Positions 1 to 5,818 of a stretch of 14,235 bases of DNA are shown piece after piece. How positions within the stretch are numbered: position 1 is the stretch's first letter; each line of letters begins with the position of its first letter. The notes beneath the pieces are model-generated. The model searched no databases. It was not told the origin of the DNA and saw only the letters and a list, made by a program, of their open reading frames with translations. This DNA is from Candidatus Nanopusillus sp. (GTDB lineage Archaea > Nanobdellota > Nanobdellia > Nanobdellales > Nanobdellaceae). A program made the translations under genes and the position numbers. The stretch is from the NCBI GenBank assembly GCA_036845085.1, contig DAIUEN010000015.1, positions 1-14,235 on the forward strand, in the 5' to 3' direction.

Positions 1-1
1 C

Positions 2-358
2 TTCATAGATATAGCTTTTGTTGTCTATATTTTAATTTTTATCAATTTTAACTATATATTTTTGTTTATATTCGTTACTATAATTACATATGTATTGAAA
101 ATAATAATTAAAAGAAAGAGACCTTTTTATTTTTTTGATGAAAGTTTTTCAGCATTAGTTTACAAGAATCATTCTTTTCCTAGCGAACATACGGCTTTTG
201 CAACCTTATCTTTCTTAATAACTTTAAATCCGATTTCAATATTACCCGCCATTCTAAGGATCTTGACTTTAAAACATTGGCTGTCGGATGTAATCTTTTC
301 AATTTTAATGTCTTCATTTATTTATCTATTTTTTAATAATTTTATTAATTTCTTCTAA
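2..358 (+). CDS. PAP2-superfamily (acid phosphatase/undecaprenyl-diphosphatase-like) membrane protein, C-terminal part; 5' end lies outside the window
   Basis: Frame 2 is open from base 2, with no stop before the TTG listed at 62, so the gene enters from the left edge. The translation carries the three PAP2 motifs in order: K-x6-RP (KIIIKRKRP), PSxH (FPSEHT, a Gly->Glu variant) and R-x5-H-x3-D (RILTLKHWLSD). Hydrophobic segments lie between the motifs. Confidence 0.7.
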   Translation, partial: FIDIAFVVYILIFINFNYIFLFIFVTIITYVLKIIIKRKRPFYFFDESFSALVYKNHSFPSEHTAFATLSFLITLNPISILPAILRILTLKHWLSDVIFSILMSSFIYLFFNNFINFF

Positions 359-1606
359 GTTATCTAAATCTAATAAATATTTTTCTTTTGTTAATCTATC
401 TTGTATCGTTACTTTTTTATGTAATAAATCTTTCTCGCCTACAATTACTAAATATCTCACCCCTTTATTTACCAGATAATTTACTTGTTTGTTGAAGTCT
501 CTTCTCATTAAGTCTATATATACGTTAAATCCCAAATCTCTTAACTTATTTGAAATTTCCCATGCTTTTTTGAATGTATTCCCGACATATACTACACCAA
601 TATCTACTAAAGATTTTCTATTTAATTTAAATATTCCTAATTCTATACCAGAATCTATTAATCTTTCTACACCAATACTACCTCCAACAGCAGGGACTTC
701 TGTTCCAGTAAATAATTTTATTAAATTATCATATCTACCACCACCAGCCAAACTTCCTATTTTTGGATTATCTATTATTACTTCAAATATGGTTCCCGTA
801 TAATAGTCAAGTCCTCTAACTAATGATAAAGTTATTTTAATTTTATTTTTATCTTCCAAAAGATCTAATATTTCGTTAAAATTATTTAGATCCTCTTCCA
901 ATTCCTTATATTTATATAAATAATCCAATAGTTCTTCTCCCTCTAATGATATATAATATATTATTTTTTCAACAATATTTTCATTTAATCCAAAATTAAT
1001 AAGTTCTTTTTCTACATTATCTATTCCTATTTTATCTAATTTATCTATTATTATATACACTTTTTTTATGACTTCACTATTCAATCCAAGATCTTTTTCA
1101 AATAAAAAATATAAAAATCTCCTATTATTTAGTAATATTTTGTAATTTTTAAATCCAAATTCTTTAAATGTAAAATTTATCAAATTTAGTACTTCAGCAT
1201 CTGCTTCTGGATTTTTAGATCCAATGATATCAAAATCAGCTTGCCAAAATTCTCTATATCTTCCCTTTTGTGGTTCATCATATCTATACACTCTATCAAT
1301 TACATATCTTTTAAATGGTAGCGGTGGTCTAAATCTAGAATAAAATCTAGCCAAAGGGACTGTATGATCATATCTTAAGGCATATTCTTTTTCAGAAAAT
1401 GGTAGTTTAAATCTCCATATTAGTTTACTTTCTGCTTCTTCCCCATATTTACCTTTTAGTATATCCCAATATTCAACGATGGGTGTTATTATAGAGTCAT
1501 ATCCAAATCTTTGAAAAATTTTTTCTATTTTATCAAATATTTCTTTTCTCAATATCGTTATTTCTGGAGTAAAATCTCTAAATCCCTTTGGAGGATCATA
1601 ATTCAT
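326..1606 (-). CDS. hisS: Histidine--tRNA ligase (HisRS, class IIa)
   Basis: 426 aa. The N-terminus has PKGFRDF, motif 2 is RYREFWQADFDIIG, motif 3 is GGGRYDNL...VPAVGGSIGVERL, and there is a C-terminal alpha/beta anticodon-binding domain (VYVG...YLVIVGEKDL). Length is typical for HisRS. Confidence 0.95.
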   Translation of the reverse strand: MNYDPPKGFRDFTPEITILRKEIFDKIEKIFQRFGYDSIITPIVEYWDILKGKYGEEAESKLIWRFKLPFSEKEYALRYDHTVPLARFYSRFRPPLPFKRYVIDRVYRYDEPQKGRYREFWQADFDIIGSKNPEADAEVLNLINFTFKEFGFKNYKILLNNRRFLYFLFEKDLGLNSEVIKKVYIIIDKLDKIGIDNVEKELINFGLNENIVEKIIYYISLEGEELLDYLYKYKELEEDLNNFNEILDLLEDKNKIKITLSLVRGLDYYTGTIFEVIIDNPKIGSLAGGGRYDNLIKLFTGTEVPAVGGSIGVERLIDSGIELGIFKLNRKSLVDIGVVYVGNTFKKAWEISNKLRDLGFNVYIDLMRRDFNKQVNYLVNKGVRYLVIVGEKDLLHKKVTIQDRLTKEKYLLDLDNLEEINKIIKK

Positions 1607-1627
1607 AAAGACATTTAATTATAATAA

Positions 1628-1635
1628 TTTAAAAA
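1628..1635. promoter_or_regulatory. TATA-like box (TTTAAAAA / TTTTTAAA) possibly shared by divergent hisS and uL15 genes
   Basis: This is the only good TATA-like element in the 55-bp divergent spacer. It lies about 27-34 nt upstream of the uL15 ATG (1662) and about 21-29 nt upstream of the hisS ATG (1606, minus strand). That spacing fits archaeal leaderless or near-leaderless transcripts. AT-rich DNA makes chance matches likely. Confidence 0.3.
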
Positions 1636-1661
1636 GATATCATAATTAAAATACTAAAATC

Positions 1662-2111
1662 ATGGTTGTTCATCACAAGAAGAAATATAGGAAATATTTA
1701 GGTACAAGATATGCTAGAAGAGGTAAGAATGATAGGAATAGAGGAAAAGGTAATAAGGGTGGTAAAGGATTCTCAGGATGGAGATTCAAGAAAACTAAAT
1801 ATATAAAACTAATTAAAGAATTTCCAGAGAGGTTTATTGATAAGAAAGGATTCACAAGTCCAAAATATAATATTGAGAAAACAATTGTCAACTTAAGAGA
1901 TATAGAAGAATACTTTAATATATTATTAGAAGAGGGACTAATCAGAAAAGAGGGAGATTATTATGAAATAGATTTGGAAGAACTTGGAATAGAAAAACTC
2001 TTAGGAGGTGGTAATATTTCTAGAAAAGTAAGAATATATGTCAAAGAGGCTTCTGAGAATGCAATAGAAAAAGTAAAGGCTTTAGGTGGGGAAGTAGTTA
2101 TTAAACAATAA
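1662..2111 (+). CDS. rpl15: 50S ribosomal protein uL15 (L15P)
   Basis: 149 aa. The N-terminus is basic and Gly-rich (KKKYRKYLGTRYARRGKNDRNRGKGNKGGKGFSG). The C-terminal LLGGGNISRKVRIYV...AIEKVKALGGEV is typical of archaeal L15. The stop TAA shares 1 nt with the next ATG (TAATG). Confidence 0.9.
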   Translation: MVVHHKKKYRKYLGTRYARRGKNDRNRGKGNKGGKGFSGWRFKKTKYIKLIKEFPERFIDKKGFTSPKYNIEKTIVNLRDIEEYFNILLEEGLIRKEGDYYEIDLEELGIEKLLGGGNISRKVRIYVKEASENAIEKVKALGGEVVIKQ

Positions 2112-2575
2112 TGGATCTATCTTTGCAAAAAAGATTAGCTTCGGAAATTTTAGGAGTAGGTAAAGATAGAGTATATATAGATTATACAAAAATAAAAGAA
2201 GTCGCAAAAGCTTTGACTAGACAAGATATTTTGGTATTAATAGAGCAAGGAATAATAAGAAAAAAAGATGTAGAAGGGCAGTCTAGATATTGGGTTAATT
2301 ATAGAAGAAAACAAAAGAAAAAAGGAAGAAGAAGGGGTTATGGATCTAGAAAAGGAAGCAAAAATGCAAGATTCGATAAAAAAAGACGATGGATCTTAAC
2401 TATTAGAGCAATAAGAAGATTATTAAGAAAGCTAAAAGAGGAAGGTAAGATTAGCAGTTCTACGTACAGAGAGTTATATCTAAAAGCGAAGGGAGGAAGA
2501 TTTAGAAGCAAGAGAGCATTGTTACTTTATCTAGAGGAAGCTGGTATTTTAAAGGAATCTCAGAAGGAAAAATAA
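2111..2575 (+). CDS. rpl19e: 50S ribosomal protein eL19 (L19e)
   Basis: 154 aa. The N-terminal LQKRLASEILGVGKDRVYID matches the L19e signature. The remainder is very basic and R/K-rich (RRKQKKKGRRRGYGSRKG...), and size is typical. Confidence 0.92.
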   Translation: MDLSLQKRLASEILGVGKDRVYIDYTKIKEVAKALTRQDILVLIEQGIIRKKDVEGQSRYWVNYRRKQKKKGRRRGYGSRKGSKNARFDKKRRWILTIRAIRRLLRKLKEEGKISSSTYRELYLKAKGGRFRSKRALLLYLEEAGILKESQKEK

Positions 2576-2581
2576 AATTTT

Positions 2582-2893
2582 TTATATTTTGTACCATTGG
2601 CATTTATTATTAATACATTTGCAAATATATCCATATTTTTTGTATTCATAGCATTCTTTAAATTCACATGTAGATATTAAAGTATCTTCATATATAGATT
2701 GGCATATTTGTCCACTACATCCAGAAATTTTACATTCTTCATCTATTTCGCATTTTCCATATGTAGATATACCACAAAAGGATATGTTTTTGCCTTTTTC
2801 GTAAGTTAATGTTTTATAATAAATAAAAACAGGTATGAAGAATAAAATTATAATAATAGTTAGGATTAGATAAACATTTTTCATAATGTTCAT
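2582..2893 (-). CDS. Small secreted/membrane-anchored cysteine-rich protein (10 Cys in about 58 aa; resembles the archaeal 'eight-cysteine-cluster' domain type)
   Basis: 103 aa. An N-terminal hydrophobic helix (VYLILTIIIILFFIPVFIYY) is followed by FCGISTYGKCEIDEECKISGCSGQICQS...STCEFKECYEYKKYGYICKCINNKCQW. The regular Cys spacing is unlikely in a non-coding frame of 25% GC DNA. Confidence 0.65.
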   Translation of the reverse strand: MNIMKNVYLILTIIIILFFIPVFIYYKTLTYEKGKNISFCGISTYGKCEIDEECKISGCSGQICQSIYEDTLISTCEFKECYEYKKYGYICKCINNKCQWYKI

Positions 2894-2940
2894 ATATTTG
2901 AAAATTTATAAAAACATTGTACTATATAATGTTTATAAAT

Positions 2941-3393
2941 ATGAAAATTTATAAAAATATTATGCCGCCAAAAGAAAGAAAAATTTGGTTGATATACTTG
3001 TTAGGATTTCTAACATTTGGAATATACTTTATTTATTGGTTTTATGTAACTAGCAAAGAATTACAAGAATTAGGAGCAGATATACCGTCTTTTATATTAT
3101 TCCTTTTACCAGTAGCAAATCTTTACTGGGTCTATCGATATATAGAAGAATGGGCTAGAATAACTGGAAAAGACAATCCAATACTATACTTTTTAGTGTT
3201 TCTATTTTTTAATATTGCAATACCATTCCTAGTACAAAAAGAATTAAATAACATAGCAAGAAATTACTCTTCTAGGCAAGCAATGATGCAGAGACAGCAA
3301 TATATGCCGCCAACCCAATATCCTAATCAGTATTATGGAGGTACTGGTGGTTATTACCAACAATATCCTCCAGGAGGATCTTATATGAGATAG
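2941..3393 (+). CDS. DUF4234-like small membrane protein with Q/Y/G/P-rich C-terminal tail
   Basis: The ORF is open from the TTG at 2917. I prefer the ATG at 2941 (alternatives 2929 and 2962) because a TTTATAAA box at 2905-2912 predicts a transcription start near 2935. The segment IWLIYLLGFLTFGIYFIYWFY...ANLYWVYRY matches the GIY..YW membrane motif of DUF4234. The tail QRQQYMPPTQYPNQYYGGTGGYYQQYPPGGSY is low complexity. Confidence 0.7.
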   Translation: MKIYKNIMPPKERKIWLIYLLGFLTFGIYFIYWFYVTSKELQELGADIPSFILFLLPVANLYWVYRYIEEWARITGKDNPILYFLVFLFFNIAIPFLVQKELNNIARNYSSRQAMMQRQQYMPPTQYPNQYYGGTGGYYQQYPPGGSYMR

Positions 3394-3404
3394 ATAAGCC
3401 AAAA

Positions 3405-3425
3405 TTTATTTTTTGTTTCATTTTT
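3405..3425 (+). terminator. Oligo-T tracts (T6 and T5) downstream of the DUF4234-like gene
   Basis: The sequence tttattttttgtttcattttt starts about 12 nt after the stop at 3393. Archaeal RNA polymerase terminates at oligo-T runs. This is weak evidence in AT-rich DNA. Confidence 0.3.
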
Positions 3426-3427
3426 AA

Positions 3428-3502
3428 TGCCCCCGCCGGGATTTGAACCCGGGTCTGGGGGATGAGAACCCCCTATCCTAGACCTGGCTAGACGACGGGG
3501 GC
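3428..3502 (-). tRNA. tRNA-Glu (anticodon CUC), no intron, CCA not encoded
   Basis: The minus strand reads GCCCCCG UC GUCU AGCCAGGUCUA GGAU A GGGGG UUCUCAU CCCCC AGAC CCGGG UUCAAAU CCCGG CGGGGGC A. By hand it folds into a cloverleaf. The acceptor stem is 7 bp and all G:C, as are the 5-bp anticodon and T stems. The T loop is UUCAAAU, the variable loop is 4 nt, and the D stem is weak (GUCU/GGAU), as is typical of tRNA-Glu. The anticodon loop is U-U-CUC-A-U. It is the only GC-rich island in the window. Confidence 0.93.
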
Positions 3503-3783
3503 TATTCTATTATTATTTCGTAAATTGTATGATTGTTTTTTCCTATTATATGAGTGCCATTATAGTAACATATGTAACCGTAATCTTTACATAGCATATG
3601 ATAGGTTTCATTTATAGTTTTATTATATAAAGGGTACATTTTTATCTTTGTGTAAAAATCATTTAAAATAAATCTTATCTCATTTGGCTTGTAATAGTAT
3701 ATATTTTTGCTCCAACTTTCTATAAAATATATAGAAATAAATGTTATAATAACTAGATACAAAATTATAAATTGAGATCTCAT
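3502..3783 (-). CDS. Hypothetical small signal-anchored/secreted protein, paralog 3 of a three-gene cassette (possible class III signal peptide, pilin-like)
   Basis: 93 aa. MRS is followed by a 20-aa hydrophobic segment (QFIILYLVIITFISIYFI). There are 4 N-x-S/T sequons (NKT, NET, NGT, NHT). The C-terminal CYYNGTHII motif is shared with the two upstream ORFs. The ATGA start/stop overlap with the upstream gene (3780-3783) implies translational coupling. Confidence 0.6.
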   Translation of the reverse strand: MRSQFIILYLVIITFISIYFIESWSKNIYYYKPNEIRFILNDFYTKIKMYPLYNKTINETYHMLCKDYGYICYYNGTHIIGKNNHTIYEIIIE

Positions 3784-4124
3784 CTGTAATATATATCTAT
3801 AAAGTAAAATGAGCCATTTATAATATAAAAAGTTCTTATAGATTTTTTACACTTTTCCAAATCTGAGTTGTTAAAGTATAATGTATTATTTATCATAACA
3901 TAATATTCAGGCAATATATTGTTGACAACTTTATATAGTGTTTGGTTTAATTCATCTTCATTAGATATATTCATATAATTTATTGATATTAGTGAAGAAT
4001 ATAAGTCCTCTTTTTCCCATCCTTCTAGATATAAATATGGTGTATTGGTCGTAGATATAAATATATATGAAATAATAATAGCAAGTGATATCTCTATAAC
4101 CAATATTACATTAAAGGATCTCAT
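3780..4124 (-). CDS. Hypothetical small signal-anchored/secreted protein, paralog 2 of the cassette
   Basis: 114 aa. MRS is followed by a hydrophobic helix (FNVILVIEISLAIIISYIFI). There are 5 sequons (NIS, NQT, NNT, NNS, NGS) and a C-terminal FYIINGSFYFI motif. It has 4-nt ATGA overlaps at both ends (4121-4124 and 3780-3783). Confidence 0.6.
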   Translation of the reverse strand: MRSFNVILVIEISLAIIISYIFISTTNTPYLYLEGWEKEDLYSSLISINYMNISNEDELNQTLYKVVNNILPEYYVMINNTLYFNNSDLEKCKKSIRTFYIINGSFYFIDIYYR

Positions 4125-4525
4125 GATATTCTTACTACAACTAAATATAATGAGCCATTATTGTAACAAACTCTCCTAAATTCTATGTAATCATTTATGT
4201 CTTTTAGTCCAAAATGTTGTTCAGATTCATTATCTAAATTCTTTAAAATAATAGAATATGGTCTATTTATTGTGATGTTTAGTTTATCTTCTATATAACT
4301 AATATTTAAGTTGAATATATCCTCTGTTAAGTTACATATATTGTTAGAATATGGAGGTTTCGTTGTTATAAAATCTATTAATATTCTACCATAATAGAAT
4401 TTTTCTGTTTCTGTCTTATATTTTTCGTTTATTCCATATATATAAGTAAGTTTTTGTATAAATATAAAAGTAGTCATAAATATCACTAGTAATATTATCA
4501 ACCCTTCAAAAAACTTAGTTGTCAT
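4121..4525 (-). CDS. Hypothetical small signal-anchored/secreted protein, paralog 1 (first gene of the cassette)
   Basis: 134 aa. The N-terminal MTTKFFEGLIILLVIFMTTFIFI is hydrophobic. There are 5 sequons (NLT, NIS, NIT, NES, NGS) and a C-terminal VCYNNGSLYLVV motif. A long stop-free frame is unlikely by chance in AT-rich DNA. A TATA-like TTTATATA (minus strand, 4553-4560) lies about 28-35 nt upstream of the ATG. Confidence 0.6.
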   Translation of the reverse strand: MTTKFFEGLIILLVIFMTTFIFIQKLTYIYGINEKYKTETEKFYYGRILIDFITTKPPYSNNICNLTEDIFNLNISYIEDKLNITINRPYSIILKNLDNESEQHFGLKDINDYIEFRRVCYNNGSLYLVVVRIS

Positions 4526-4569
4526 AAATAATTAATACTTTAAAAGATTTTTATATATAAATTAGAAGA

Positions 4570-5145
4570 ATGAATCCAAAGCTAATAACTATGCTAAAAG
4601 AAAACAAGAAATATGTTACGATTTTAACTAGAAATGTTAGGATATCAAGAAAAGATGCAGAGATGGTTGGAAGATACATTAAATATTTACCAATATCTTT
4701 AGCAAAGAAATACTTAGAGATGGTTTTAGAACATAAAATAGCAATACCATATTATAAATATCATAAGAAGCAAGCTCATCATAGTAATGTTGACGGAAAA
4801 GTTCCTTTCGGTAGATATCCTGAAAAGACAATAAAAGTATATTTAAAATTATTAAATTCTTTAGAAAAGAATGCATTAAATTTAGGTTTGGATGTTAATA
4901 AGGTTGTAATATTATCTGTAGAAGTTAGTAAAGGAAATAGAAGACCAGCGAGATTGAGAGTAATGAAAATAAAAACAGGTCCTAGTGGTATTAGAAGGAC
5001 TCTGATTGTTGTAAGGGGTAAGAGTACAAATATCAAAATACATGCTGTCCAGATAGATAATCTCGATGAAGTTAAGAAGAATAAAAGAAAATTATATAAA
5101 AGGCTAATTGAGAAAGTATTAGAAGAATGGTATCAGAAAATTTAA
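4570..5145 (+). CDS. rpl22: 50S ribosomal protein uL22 (L22P) with a K/E-rich C-terminal extension
   Basis: 191 aa. The core ISRKDAEMVGRYIKYLPISLAKKYLEMVLEHKIAIPYYKYHKKQAHH...GRYPEKTIKVYLKLLNSLEKNALNLGLD matches archaeal L22 (IS.K.A.E....I.G......YLE.V......PF....). It sits immediately upstream of uS3, as in the canonical cluster. The start could instead be Met9 (4591). Confidence 0.88.
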   Translation: MNPKLITMLKENKKYVTILTRNVRISRKDAEMVGRYIKYLPISLAKKYLEMVLEHKIAIPYYKYHKKQAHHSNVDGKVPFGRYPEKTIKVYLKLLNSLEKNALNLGLDVNKVVILSVEVSKGNRRPARLRVMKIKTGPSGIRRTLIVVRGKSTNIKIHAVQIDNLDEVKKNKRKLYKRLIEKVLEEWYQKI

Positions 5146-5804
5146 AGAAAATAATTGAACATAAGAAAAAGACTTTATTACTAGAATATTATTTAAAGAG
5201 AGAGTTAAAAGGTAAGCTGATAAGTAAAGTTGAATATGCCGAAACAGCATTAGGAGAAAGAGTTATTATTTATTGTGCTAAACCAAGATTGGTTTTGGGA
5301 AGAAATAACGAAAATTTAGAAAAGATAGAATTTATCGCTAAAAATTTAGTTGGGTTAAAAAATCCAAAAATAGATGCAGTTGCTGTGGAAAATCCTTTAT
5401 TGGATGCGGAGATTGTTGCTGATCTAATTGCATCTCAGATAGAAAGGCTCGGTAACAGTGCGGCAAGGAATATTGCATTAAAAATTATGAAAAAAGTTTT
5501 AGATGCTGGTGCTCTAGGTATTGAAGTAAGAATTACCGGAAAAGTTATTGGAGATAGATCTATGTCTATAAGATTGCAAAAGGGATATATAAAGAAATCT
5601 GGTGAATTAAACAAACTAGCTAAAAAAGCTGTAAGACATGCAAAATTACCTTCTGGTGTTATAGGAGTACAGGTTAGAATACTGAGACCTGATGTAACTT
5701 TATATGATAGAGTAACAATAAAAGAAGTATCCGAAATACAGCCAGAAGAATTGGAAAAGATAGATCCATCATTATTAGAAAAATTTAAGAAAAAGTTTGA
5801 ATAA
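5127..5804 (+). CDS. rps3: 30S ribosomal protein uS3 (S3P)
   Basis: 225 aa. The N-terminal KH-type region is YLKRELKGKLISKVEYAETALGERVIIYCAKPRLVLGRNNENLEKI. The C-terminal S3 domain is AEIVADLIASQIER...ALGIEVRITGKV...GVIGVQVRI. The start overlaps the uL22 3' end by 19 nt. Confidence 0.9.
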   Translation: MVSENLKKIIEHKKKTLLLEYYLKRELKGKLISKVEYAETALGERVIIYCAKPRLVLGRNNENLEKIEFIAKNLVGLKNPKIDAVAVENPLLDAEIVADLIASQIERLGNSAARNIALKIMKKVLDAGALGIEVRITGKVIGDRSMSIRLQKGYIKKSGELNKLAKKAVRHAKLPSGVIGVQVRILRPDVTLYDRVTIKEVSEIQPEELEKIDPSLLEKFKKKFE

Positions 5805-5818
5805 AATAAAGAATGTTT

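Noticed and set aside
2917-2940. TTG at 2917 (and ATG at 2929) as the start of the DUF4234-like gene.
   Set aside because: The TTTATAAA box at 2905-2912 predicts transcription initiation near 2935, downstream of both codons. The ATG at 2941 (or 2962) is more plausible. The choice remains uncertain without 5'-end data.
3428-3502. Split, permuted or intron-containing tRNA, as known from Nanoarchaeota.
   Set aside because: The gene folds as a continuous canonical cloverleaf with a 7-nt anticodon loop. There is no bulge-helix-bulge motif and no extra sequence.
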